This document shows positions 35,501 through 48,228 of a stretch of DNA of 63,863 nt, piece after piece. The stretch's first letter is position 1; the number at the start of each line of letters is the position of its first letter. Source of the stretch: Schmidtea nova (Eukaryota). The notes under the pieces are model-generated. The model was not told the origin of the DNA. It saw only the letters and a list, made by a program, of their open reading frames with translations, and made no database searches. The translations under genes were made by a program, and so were the position numbers. The stretch covers positions 408,084,138 through 408,148,000 of the forward strand of contig CM097883.1 of the NCBI GenBank assembly GCA_044892505.1, in the 5' to 3' direction.

Positions 35501-38500
35501 AAGTTTTGATAAAAAAATTGATAAAATTGTACGTAAAAATTTATTTTTAGTAAAAATAAAATAAATTGAAAAAGCATTCAAGAAGTTTTTGTTTTACTGC
35601 ATCAATTTAATTAAATGCTGGGAAAATGGTATAAATAGAGATGCCATTTTTATTTATTTTAACACTTGAGAATTGGAGAAATTTTCGCAAATAATTAAGA
35701 TTCTTTCCGAAAATTTTTAAAATTATTTTAACAAAAGAGAAAAACCTCTCACCAACTGAGAAGTAAAATTCGGAGGCGCAAAGCTGTTCAAATTTTTGGA
35801 GAGACGGTATCATTCTGATAATACAGGGTATGCCAGTTTGATGTTTTGCTCGTGCCGTCATTTTATTCTGCATCGGCTCATGGCACGGTTATTAATTTTT
35901 TTATTTGTTCATGCTACTCAATAATATTCAATAAATGTTTTTCAACAATTGGTGTATTCTAAATCAAGGCGCAAAATCAATGCATGAATTAAAATGATTT
36001 TTTGCTTGTTTTTTGACCTTTGGACTATTTAACTCGTTGTGAATATCTCCAGGATGGTTTAGAGTTAGGGTGGAGAGTGTATTCTCTCAAACTTCCCAAC
36101 CCCATGCTGTCGACTCGACATCAAATTCCAGATTCATACTTACGTAGATGTAAGATAACGGCCGGAGGATCATACGCGATGTTATAATAAAAATTTTGCT
36201 CCCTTAAAATAATTATTATTTTGTTTAAAATAAATCTGCTAAATAAAAATATCATTTATTTAATATATAACTAAACACAATATATAAACACAATATATAA
36301 ACACAATATATAACTAAACACAAATTCAGTCACGATATTCTATTTTGGATGAAGTTCTTTTGAGTGTGATTAATCATATATAAATAAGTTAATGCAAAAA
36401 AGAACAGAACAAAGTATTGTGAGCGAGGAATCAAAAACATCGGAAGGTGAATCGCCTTGGGAAAAGAAGAGTTTAAATCGATTGCAGAAAATAAAAATTC
36501 CTATTTTCGATTGGAAAGTGGTCGAGTTTGAGAAGTGGAAAGCTGCTTTTAATCAGGGAATAGACAAGACAGATGGAACAGCAGAGGATAAAATGCTGCA
36601 TCTTAGGCAATATTTGGTTGACGAACCTCTGCGAATGATAGAGACACTGGGTTATACAGCCGAAGGTTATAAAATGGCGAAAGGAGTTACGGATGTGAAG
36701 AACGTAGTTACCTGACTATGTTAGAAACTGTGGATAAATTTCGGCCGGTACGCATAGGAGAAATAAAAGATTTGGATATTCTCGTTGGATTGTTGGAATC
36801 AATGGAGGTACGGCTTAAAGCAATTGGAAGAGAAGAGGACCTACATAGAGGCCGTTGTTGAAGAAATTGTTATAGAAATTGTTAATGAAATTACCAGCTT
36901 CTTTACTTATTCGATGACAAAGAGAGCAAACGAAAGAGGAAGGTGAGGAATGGAGTGGTTTCAAAATGAAGCTGACCTAATACGATCGACAAATGAAATA
37001 TTATATGGTTTTGGTTGTAAAAAGGATTTCAATTGACAATATGGGCAGAAATACTTCAAGGCTTCTGAAAAGATTGACAATAGAAGGTACTCACGCTTTA
37101 CAAACCCTTGCAATGATGTAAAACAAAACTCAAATAAAGGTGGAGAAGGATTAATCATGCAACAATATCAAAGCAGGTTGATTTGTTTCAAATGCCAAGG
37201 GGCGCATTATCTAGATCAATGCCCACAATTAAAATTATTGACAGTAAATGACAGGAAAATTAATTTTCATTTAATAAAATTTAATTATGCGATGAAATCC
37301 CAGCGAGCAGGCTCCGTCGAAATAAGGTCGCTGTTGGCAAGCTGTAAACTGAATATAAAAAAACCAAAGACGCAAAATTTCTAGATTGTGCAAGGAATCA
37401 TTTGTCTTATTGATTGAAATAAAATCAACTCAATTTACAAATGTAAGAAAGCTAAATTAATAACTAATAGACCAAACTCACCGATTCAGTGATCACTTAT
37501 CGCAGCATATAATTGTTACGGTGTTCGCCATATTCACTACAACAAATAAACTAAACCCATTGAGCGCAAATTGATTTTTACCACCATGAAAATAATTCTA
37601 AAATCAATTATGATCATAAAAAGATACATTTAATAAAAACAATTAATAAATACAATCCTGAAAACAAAAGTCCTATTGATTACTATATTCTATACAAAAT
37701 AAACATTATTACGTAATGAACAAGATATTTATTGAATCTACAAAAATAAACTCATTTAATCTACAGCGGTGTTCGATTATTCGGGTTCTGGTTGTGGGTA
37801 GTTTGTTCCCTCAATTTCAGACAAATGAATTGGAATTTCGCAATAATCGTTTTTCCTTTCTATGCCATTGGCGACGTGTTCGCTTCCCTGACTTGTTCTT
37901 ACTTTTCTTGGCAAATTTAAGGATCTCTTCAAGCTGTTATGGTGTGTTCGATTTTTGTCTTTGTACTTTCCATTCATCTTAACACCAACTGCGTTCGATT
38001 TCGGTTCCGTTGGTTCTCGCCTTTTGATGAATAGTTTCGAATTTGATTGAAATTGATAGAGTTCCACGAGAATTAGGTACTCTTCTTCCCACTGTACGAT
38101 CACGTGAAATCCGCGTTCATAAACCATTTCCTTCGTCGACGGCAGAGGCAGGAGTGCGTTCATTACCTCTGAAAAAAATATTTTTCATAATATTTTCATA
38201 ATTATAAACAACAGTATAATTGAAGACCAAACCCATTATCATCAATTGACAATGCTCTAAATCTCGAGTACAGAGAAGACGACCAATCTTCTCCAAGGTA
38301 CGTAGCATTTATTTCACGACATTTTAAAAGTGAAACGAGTTTAATATAAAGATCAGAAGAAAAATATAAGTATTGCTAACAGTCACACCAGTTAATTTAA
38401 TTTTCGCAAATATTGAACTAAATACAATTTGAATAAACGATATGTTCTATCCAAATATAACACTAGAGGATGCACACTTAAAGATTGCGAGAAGCTTCTT

Positions 38501-40586
38501 TTCAAATTTAAACATCACACCAAAATCCTATGAAAATTTACGAGTCCATATCCCAATAACTCTTTTTGACAGTCAATACGCCTGGTTGCTGAGATAATGT
38601 CCAACCTCACTTCAATCTCGTTACACAGGTCTCTTTCAAGTAATAAAGATTTATTCAGAAAATAATGCAATGATTATTATTGTATGCAAAAAAAACCAAA
38701 AACTGTCAATCTCTTTAAGGTAAAACCCTCTTTTCACATCAAAGAAAGCGACAATATCTGAAATAAATAAAATGTGCTTAAAAAATGTGCTTAAATAAAA
38801 TGTGGTGGGGCTTTCAGATAGTTTGATTAAATGTGTAAATGTAAATATTGTTTTATTGAAAAAAGAATTAATGTTAGCCTGGATAATAAAATAATTAGTT
38901 TCTATTGATTATTCTACAGTGCATTATATAATTGAAAATACTTAATTATAATCATTATTATAATTTATAATTTTACTATTAACAATCTTAACACCAGTAT
39001 ACCAAGAAAGGTATTCAATAAAGTTCTTTCTTCACGTCTCCTGTATAGCACTGATGATCGTCAAAAGTTCGAAATTATTCTGTTATCAGGGATCTGCACT
39101 GGGTATCACAAAGCTTTTATTGTAATTCTTTAAAATTAAAAATTAAATTTTTAATAAAATTAAGATTATTTCGACAATAATCAAAAGTTTAGATACAAAT
39201 AAAGAATTATTAAAAAATAAAATGAAAATTTAACTTTTAAATACTTTCCCCTGACATTTTTCAGGGGAAAATGTCTGTTCTACTGGATGAAAATGTTCAT
39301 GTATAATGATAATATGTAAAATGATAAGCAAGGATCATCTTTATAAAATGTCCAAACGATCGATATCGCAAATTTGTTTCATACGGATTTCTACACCAGG
39401 TAGCGATTGAAATGATCCGATTCCATAAATAATGACTAAGGAACTATAATTTGATTGCGGTTTAAATTTACAGCGAAATTAGAAGAGAACATAAAGAAAT
39501 TGCACAATTGATCTTTTAAGGAAATGCTTACCGAGTAGCTGTATCACTATTACTGCCGAAAAGAAGAAAATATTCAGTAGAAGCATTAAGTTTTTTAAGG
39601 CAGTCACCAAGAGGCAACTAGAAAAAAGATGAGTAGGATGCTGAACGGTTTTCATTGGCACACTATTTACAAAAATTGCTTATGAAATTTGCTTTCATTA
39701 TCATTAGTGGGATATGTCCCCGCCAGGTACAATATTCCACAAACAGTGTTATGTAATAATTTACATTTAGCCATTTTACGTAATATGAGGGGCCACATTT
39801 AATATAATAGGGTTTTAATATGATTCAATAAGGTCGATTATCAAGTAACATTGCATCATTTATGCAATATTGTTTAAATTCAAATATTACGTAACACTAG
39901 GGCTCAACCAGTTTCCTCCTAGGGTCTCAGTTGCATGGTTGGGCAATTTCACAGTACGATTTATTGACTCATACAAATTTTCCAATACTTTATTTTGCAA
40001 AGCAGTGAAAACATTAAATAATTTACCATTTACTCGATCGGAGTTATTTACATTAACAATCATTGACAACAAATAAATATTTTCATATGATCTTGCCACC
40101 AATCAGAAAATCCTTGAAACAACAAAAGTTGCCCCCTATTTGGGAAAGAGTTACCAATGAAGAATATCAAACAGCACAAAAACTATGATAGGAAGCATCG
40201 TGTGATATGCTAATGGTTTATATTCAAATATATATGAAGCTTGATGTGTTTTTGCTTGCTGATTTTTTCAACAATTTCCAGCACATTATGAACTCGAGCC
40301 ATTTAACTTTTACGTAATCCCTGGAATATCTTGGGCATCTGCACTCATTACTTTAAAAGAACCATTAGAATTATTAATTGATATATAGAAATGTATAATT
40401 TCTTCGATAGTGGTATTCGTCGTGGTTTTATATTTGTAAATAAACACCACGTAGTAACGGATGATGAAACAGAGTTGCTTTATATTAATATAAATAACCT
40501 GTACGGATATGTATTAAGTCAGAACTTACCATGTTGGGAATTTGAGTGAATATGTGATGAAGTACACTGCTTTAGTTCAAAACTGG
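32551..40586 (+). repeat. 8,036-bp tandem duplication, copy 2
   Basis: Near-identical to copy 1. Two substitutions noticed: TTTGGGAAA vs TTTAGGAAA near 26684/34721, and ATTGATG vs ATTGGTG near 27914/35951. Confidence 0.97.
36392..37267 (+). mobile_element. BEL/Pao gag remnant (copy 2)
   Basis: Duplicate of 28355-29230. Confidence 0.8.
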
Positions 40587-40800
40587 AATACAAATACTGG
40601 AATCTTACGAATACACCTTGGAAGTAGACTAGATGATTCCTAATGACATTCAAGATTTATTAGATGATTTTCCAGTTGCAGCTGAGAAAATGTGCTCACC
40701 AAATTTAACAGTATCGAAATTATTATTAACCCATCATCCAAAAAATAATTATGTCATTCATTGGTGACTTTTAAAAATATATAAATATTCATAAAAGAAC
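39777..40800 (+). mobile_element. Polinton/Maverick pPolB remnant (continues past the duplication end)
   Basis: Same motifs as copy 1, then YTLEVD*MIPNDIQDLLDDFPVAAEK...KLLLTHHPKNNYVIHW at 40587-40780 (consensus GYILEVDLEYP..LHD.HNDYPLAPE...KL...L..K..YV.HY). Confidence 0.9.
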
Positions 40801-42462
40801 TAAATTTCAAAGTTTAAGTTTGATTAACCCCATAAATATAATTTTTAAATTTTCAAAATCCACTTTACACTAAAACTCCGAAATTCACAACTATTTAAAT
40901 CCAAACTTCAAAATCGATTAATTTGATTTAACCAAACAAACATTTTTTAAAAGCCATCAAATTTTTTTTAAACAAATCCATCAAAAAATTTTTAAAAACC
41001 CAAACATTTTTTATTTACAAATTGAAAGGTCCCCCTAATCCAAATCCTATAAATCTTTTAATTTAATTTTAATTTTAATATAGTCGCAGCTAGGAGCGAC
41101 CATTTTCCTCCTTGACATCTCTGTGTCAACATTTCGATTCCTCCAAAAACTCACCTTAGTATCGCACCAGAAAATCACTTTTCTTGCCATCTTTAAACCT
41201 AATTATTATAATTAATTAAAAAAATTTCACTGTTGCACTTTTGTGCCTTAATGATATTAAAAATTTTATCTTGTGACTCTTATGTGCCTTAAAAGCTTCG
41301 TTTTCTTTACTTATGGCACTTCAGTGCCTCATGATTTGAAGTTTCCAAGTGAAGTGTCTCGAAAAAGTTATGTACACTTTACTTGGAGATCGAAGTTAAT
41401 TTTTGCAAAAACCAATTAATGAAAATAATGTGATGTGAAAACTCTTAAATTTAAATTATAATATATAATAATTCTAAATTTAAAAATCTTATTATTATAT
41501 AAATTTTATAAAAAATAAATTTTAAAAGTAGTTTTTTGTTTTGTTTTTTTATGTTCCGGAACATCTTCTTTTTTATTTTAAACTCTTTTACCTATCGAAT
41601 TAATTCTAATATACAAGCTGGCCAGACTCATATACCAGAATCGTTTCAATACTTGTGCTGTGCATTATTAACACTTCTCGCTCATGAAGGCGATCTCAGC
41701 CGTGTTTTAAGCACATTACCGAAAGACCGAAACAACTTCGAAAGAGGTCAGAAAGAAATTCACCGAAATTAGGGAATTAAAAGAATTCTAATTCAGGTAG
41801 AAAGATCATAAATTTTCATAATCAATATTTATTTTTCAAATAATTTCTAATATTATTTAGTATATGTTATTATGCCGTAAAATATATCTACTAAAATAAA
41901 AAAAATAATTATAAATCCCTATTTGAAAATCAAAACAACCATATTACTCATCATCTTCATCTAATGCCACACAAAAGTTCATTCATCTATAATTTCATAT
42001 AAATTATCATTTCACTCATTAGCATTCCATATGCAGCATGCCACATCCAGAAAATCCATGCAAAAAATCATTCATTTACATTCATCGTTGAGCTACCCAT
42101 TACTTCCAATATCATCTCCTACATTCAATCATCACAATGAAAAATTTGTTATTAACATATAATAATACGCGAATTACCAACTTCCAGTTACAACATCCTA
42201 CCACGTAAATTGATTGAATCACAACTTACCACATCCTAGTATTTGCAAACGATAACTTCTTTTGGTTTCAATCCTTCCGTTACAGCTCAGTACATCCTAA
42301 AGAATTAAATTGCTTATTTGCAATTCACAACATCTCATAATAAATACTTGCATCTCACAACATCTCTTTTCACAATTAATCAAATCAGTTCAGTCAACAA
42401 TCAACATCCACATTTAATACTACACACGAGAGTCTATATATCCATATATCCATGCAAATTAC

Positions 42463-42982
42463 GGTACTTCTATACTTTCCCCCCACCTTTGATTTTTGGT
42501 ATGCGTGTAAATGTTTTGGCATGTTCACTTAGATATATTTAAGCGTTTGAAAATATGGTATGCATTATTTTTGCTTCAAGAATGAATTTCATGTCGTTGA
42601 TTCAAACCTATGGAGAAAAAGAGAAGGCAATCAAATTCTTTCAAGAAAGAAACATTCTACACTCTGACCGTGATTGCGCAAATGGCCATCCAATGAAATT
42701 ATATATTAATTCAAAGGAAGAGCGATGGAGATGCAATGTGAAGGCTTATCGTTTGCAGAAACAATTGAAGGCAGATACATGGCTGCATGGAACTCATTTG
42801 GCATATGACACGATTATTTATTTCATTTATTGCTGGAGTAAGGAGTATACGACAATTGCATTTTGTCAAAGTGAGGGTACTTCTATACTTTTAGAAGCAT
42901 GCCAAAATATTATTAAGAAAATGTTGCCAAAACATTTACACGCATGCCAAAAATCAAAGGTGGAGGGAAGTATAGAAGTACC
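42463..42982 (+). mobile_element. Non-autonomous Merlin DNA transposon (520 bp) with transposase N-terminus
   Basis: About 58-bp TIRs beginning GGTACTTCTATACTT. 8-bp TSD CAAATTAC (42455-62) / CACATTAC (42983-90). ORF 42555 encodes MNFMSLIQTYG..EKAIKFFQERNILH..R.C.NGH.M...RWRC...TWL.G..L...IYCWS, a Merlin transposase N-terminus. Confidence 0.88.
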
Positions 42983-44703
42983 CACATTACATCGCCTCAT
43001 TCATTAACAACACCCACCAACAGCATGCTGCATCCAGAGAATCTATACAAAAAGTCATTCATCAATCAACTCACTCAGTAAATTACCATAAAAATTCATC
43101 CATTTATATTGTAGCAAATAACATCCCATAGCTTAACTTATCACATTCAAAACTCTCTCATCTAGCCTAACTCTTAAAAAACATTCAAATCGCGATCCCT
43201 GCGCTTTACGATGATCGGAAAAGTTTTCCTTAAAAACTGTTAAACTTGATCTAACATTGAGTATTTTATCGAATTCCGAAGCAAAATTGAGTATACTCAT
43301 TTCACCGGTGTTTAGAAATTTTTATTTATAATATAATTTTGTGCAGTATACAATACAAGTTTTACTCACTATGTCACTGTAATCTTCTAAAAATTTCGTA
43401 ATAAATCCCCAATTAACTCGTAACGAAAGACCTATATTCAGAGCGATATCAAAATTTAGACGGCATCTTGTTATATTACGAATATTTATCAAATTTATGC
43501 AAATTTATTACATTCACTATTAAAATTTCCTAAAATAAGTAATGAAAACTTAGTGCACCTTTATTAAAAAATCAATAAAATTAACCGACATAAATTTATT
43601 ATTATACACTATACTGAACATTCATCGACATTTGAAAGTTACCCATGGCACTCAAGCAATAGTCCACTTAGTTCATTTTAAGTATGGGGCATTGCTCGTA
43701 GAAAATTTATTTGATCCATTAATTGAACGATGTAACCCTTCACGTACACCAACCGAAAGTTTAAGATTTCGACCAAGTTGCTTTAACACCAAATTAAGAA
43801 AAGAATTTTTTTGTAATCCATCCATTTTTGAAACCCCAGCACCAGGTTTACTCTAAAAAGAGAGAGATATCTTTGCCTTCAACTAGGCATATCCATAAGT
43901 TCGTGTTGTTGCAAATTGTTATCCGAATTTTAATTCCAAATTTTGCGAAAAGAGAGTTTTAATTCCACCGAAGGGAGATCCACCTTCATCTCGAAAAATT
44001 TTACATGATAAGGATGGTGCTCACAAACAGAGTTTTCGCAATATAAATAAGATTTGAGCAAATAAAACGAGTTGGAGGTTGGTTTCTGAGAATATGGAAT
44101 TTTTCTTCTACGGAGAGATAAGGTTGCATGATCGATAATTACATGATCAGAAATTAAATTAAAACATTAAAATCCAACCAATCAGGTGGCATGAAATTTT
44201 TTTGAGAAGCAAATCTAATATTCCCATATATATATATATACTATATAGATTTTTGTGTGTCAATGAAATGAAGAGGAGAGGGCTACCGAAGTTTTATAGG
44301 TTTCTAAAAGTAAATTAAAATTTATTAAAGTATGGCTGTTTTAAATTTTTAAAATGTTAAAATTCCACCAAATAATTTAATAGGATTTTGTAAGAAAAAA
44401 GGGGAAAATAAAATTAGATTTTAAATAAAATTAAATTAAAATTAAAATATTGAAGTAGGAAAACTTGAAAAGTCACAAGTTAATAGATCAAAATAACTAA
44501 CAATCGAATATCCCCGAATATATATGGTTTTTTCTGAGAATTAGATTCCCTTAATTGAGAAGTGTACCGTTTTATCAAAAGATTATGTACGTAAATAATG
44601 TGTTTGCGTGGTATGATGCTGTAGGTTGAACGTTTGAAATCGTATAAATACTGAATGTATGTCAGATTAGAACAATAAAATTGATGCTTTTTGTTTAATC
44701 CAG

Positions 44704-45243
44704 ATGGAAGCTAAAATCGACGAATTGTTGAAGAAAGCTGTAGAAAATGCGCGGTGCAACTGTCGTATCGACGTCCGACTCGCCGATATGGAAGCGGAAC
44801 GAAATGTAAATGCGGACGCCCTACGCGAGATGACGATTCTAATGGAGAAGTTCCGGTCCCTCTGTCTTACCATGGAAGCGACATGGACCAACAAAGAGGG
44901 TGTAGAAAAGCTGAAGAAGCAGATTTAGTTTCTTCAAAAACAAGCAGTGGAAGACGCCACACAATTGCGGGCGAACAAAATGCTCGCGAGGAACAAGAAG
45001 TCCGAAATAGCCAGGATGCAGATGGAAAGCGGCATCATCGCCGCCGTGCTACCCAAGGACAACCGACCCGCTGTGGAACTATTTCCGGCCAGAGTTGAGG
45101 ACGAGGCGTCGGCCACACAACATCCCGAGCATCAACAACGCTGGGAACCAAGTAGAGGCGTTCGAGCACGTCTAAAACGCAGAAAGGAAGCACGTGTGTT
45201 AGGACAGGTTGATGAACCCATAGTGATGTTCGGTCAATCATAG
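44704..45243 (+). pseudogene. Orphan coiled-coil/Arg-rich ORF family, copy C (one in-frame TAG)
   Basis: ORFs 44704-44928 and 44947-45243 are in one frame: MEKFRSLCLTMEATWTNKEGVEKLKKQI*FLQKQAVEDA...MESGIIAAVLPK...ELFPAR...WEPSRGVRARLKRRKEARVLGQ. Confidence 0.88.
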
Positions 45244-45410
45244 TTTCGAATTTTTCGACACTCACTGTTTGCAGCCATCCACCTATTTGTTGCATGCCAA
45301 CGTTACATTGTGACTGACAACTAGATGATTTTAGATAATGTTTTATGTGTTGAGTTGTTGATAGAAGCCACAGCACGTCAAGGTCATATTGACGATCGAC
45401 AACCTACCAC
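45214..45410 (+). repeat. Conserved ~200-nt stem-loop-rich element, copy C
   Basis: Inverted homologue of 5345-5550. Stem GTTGTTGAT (45354-62) / ATCGACAAC (45395-403) has one T.G wobble. Confidence 0.88.
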
Positions 45411-45439
45411 CTCCAACATTAGAAAAACTTTGAAAATGT

Positions 45440-47350
45440 CTTTAAGTTTTAGCGCAATATTTGACTTTTTAGATATTTTTTGCCACAATTCTTTTTTTCA
45501 AAGACAAATACATATGACATGCTAGTATTTAAATACTATATATGTACTTCTACACATAGATTTTCTTCAAAGATATTTTATTTTTTTCAAAACCCCCCCT
45601 AGAGAAAGACTCGTGTTACTATAAATAGTTTATATATGTACTTTTAAACAGAATTTTTTCAAAATAATTTTTTCTCGACCCCCCCCCCCCCACGATAACT
45701 CATATTTATAGACTATATAGATTTTTTGACAGATTTTATTTTCAAAATATTTTTTAGAGATCCCTTTTTCCAATGAAATATTTTAATTTTTTCAAAAACC
45801 AAATAATGTGACTCATCATTTTTTTCAACGTCAATGAAAATTTTTCAATTTTTCCAGAAATCGAATAATATGACTTTCGAATTTTTTTATGTCCATTTAA
45901 CAAAGAACTTTATTTGCATTTCCATTGCACTTAGANNNNNNNNNNNNNNNNNNNNNNNNNNNNNNNNNNNNNNNNNNNNNNNNNNNNNNNNNNNNNNNNN
46001 NNNNNNNNNNNNNNNNNNNNNNNNNNNNNNNNNNNNNNNNNNNNNNNNNNNNNNNNNNNNNNNNNNNNNNNNNNNNNNNNNNNNNNNNNNNNNNNNNNNN
46101 NNNNNNNNNNNNNNNNNNNNNNNNNNNNNNNNNNNNNNNNNNNNNNNNNNNNNNNNNNNNNNNNNNNNNNNNNNNNNNNNNNNNNNNNNNNNNNNNNNNN
46201 NNNNNNNNNNNNNNNNNNNNNNNNNNNNNNNNNNNNNNNNNNNNNNNNNNNNNNNNNNNNNNNNNNNNNNNNNNNNNNNNNNNNNNNNNNNNNNNNNNNN
46301 NNNNNNNNNNNNNNNNNNNNNNNNNNNNNNNNNNNNNNNNNNNNNNNNNNNNNNNNNNNNNNNNNNNNNNNNNNNNNNNNNNNNNNNNNNNTAAGAAATA
46401 GATTTAATAATAATTAATGTCATTGAAGTTGATATTTTCTATTGATTATTGAATTGTCATTGCCATCTGATCCACATGTATATTTATCCAGTACCTTCCA
46501 TTTCTTACTGTATAATATTTTAATTTTAAAACCCTTATTCTATGCCCATCTTATAACAAAAGTACATTTATAGTCTATATATACTAACATGTTATATGTC
46601 TTTGTCTTTGAAAAAAAATCTGTGCCAAAAAATATTTAAACAATAATTCAAAAATCGCGCTAATACATAAAAATTTAAACAAAATTGCATTAAAACATTA
46701 TATTTTTTAACAAAAATAAAAATCGGCGCAAAAAATCTTTATATAATAACATGTTAGTTATCGCGCCAAGGGGGCTCTTCAAAAAATAAATTTTGGATAA
46801 AAAAAACTGTTTAAAAGTACATGAGTCATGTGTCTTTGACTAGGGGTATTTTGTAAAAAAAGGTTCTCTGTTTCAAAGTTTTTATGGATGTATCATGCAG
46901 ATTTCCGAGATTTCATGTACTTTTGGGGGTGTGAAATTTGAAAATCCTGTAGAAATTGCTTTGTTTTTGGACCCTGGACGGCTTTTCGACCAATCAGATC
47001 ACATGAAAATCGATATGTCATCGAAGATGTACAAGATTTTCTGGATGGATGTTCTCATCTGCAAAAATGAGTCATCGTGTTACTCTATATAGTACATGTC
47101 TTTGACTTGACTTACAAAGATTTTCGAAAAAATGATGAATCATGCTAGAACAAATCATATGGCTCATACAAAGAAATTTTTTTTATTCAATTTCTGGAAA
47201 AATTAAAAAGTTTTAGGGGGTATTAAAAGTTATATATATATTTTTGAAAAGTTCTTTGTTATAAAAACGATGAGTCATCGGTAATTTTGATATGACGACT
47301 TTGGCGCCATGAAAAACAAAGACAATGAGTCTTTAAGTCTGGCTCATCAT
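45440..47350. mobile_element. Long inverted-repeat (foldback/long-TIR) DNA element spanning the gap
   Basis: 45450-45550 matches the reverse complement of 46560-46660 (TTAGCGC...TTTTTTCAAAGACAAA.ACATAT.ACATG.TAGTAT). Recurring GAGTCAT..GTGTTACT/TCTTTGAC motifs. Confidence 0.5.
45936..46391. other. Assembly gap (N run)
   Basis: Run of N. Confidence 0.99.
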
Positions 47351-48228
47351 CTATCAAATCAATTACTCATTACAATGAATTATAGCTTCATCGATGAGTA
47401 ATTCTTTCTTGAGCCAAAGATCACACATCCCACTACTATTGTGTGTATTTATTTATTTTTCTCCCTTCGGTATTTTCCCTACCCGTCTTTACAATAAAGC
47501 GGAGGACCTTAACATGTTGGTGGCGACCCACCAGTTAAATTATGGTACACTAAGAGATTGAGTAGAAATTGCATTGAATGTCCCATTAAAACGCAATTTT
47601 AAAGTTAATTTCCCGACTTCATTCATTTGCCTTTTATAAAATATTTTCAAATATTTCATTTATCTTCCTAAATTTTGTTGCTTATTTTCTTTTTTCGTGG
47701 GCCATTTGGCGTTATTGATAATTAGACAAATATGATCACACATAATACTTCCTAGGAAAATTTTCTTTCGTACAAGCCTGGATATTCAAAATTACTTGTG
47801 AAATCGCAACCCAAATGGTAAGTTACTCAATTGTTAGATATTTTCAGTATTAAAAGGTATAATTTTATAAATTTAAATAATACCGCCAAAACTTCATTTA
47901 AACAAAACATTTTTAATGTTCGTCACATTTGATCTTTTTATCAATTTTATATATTTTTATTCTTTAGGCAAAACGTCAAATAGATATTTTTTTCAAAATG
48001 GCACAACTTTTCGGCACTGACTTTTTTAATTACCAATCAATTTTAAATGTAATTAATTATTACCGAAAAGACAAAATTTCATATAAAAGAAAAATATTTT
48101 CATAAAAAATCTAGATTAATTGACGCGGAAACATTTATAATCATCCCATTGCGTCATCGTTGCGTAATCATGGCTTGTTTATCACATATATAAAGCCGAG
48201 AATATATCAAATAGAGTCATTGCCAAAT

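Noticed and set aside
24514-40586. Duplicated block as an LTR pair or a single giant mobile element
   Set aside because: The copies are directly adjacent with no TSD or TG..CA ends, and the breakpoint lies inside a polB pseudogene.
45834-46423. Long ORFs at 45834-46423 and 11-456
   Set aside because: Artefacts of N runs translated as X.
47490-47525. LTR end plus primer-binding site (AATAAA...TTAACA-TGTTGGTGGCGACC)
   Set aside because: No paired LTR or gag sequence follows, and the tRNA match cannot be verified.
48160-48228. ORF-track start for the Ig protein (779 aa)
   Set aside because: It uses a TTG start; the ATG at 48229 directly precedes a signal-peptide-like segment and is the more plausible start.
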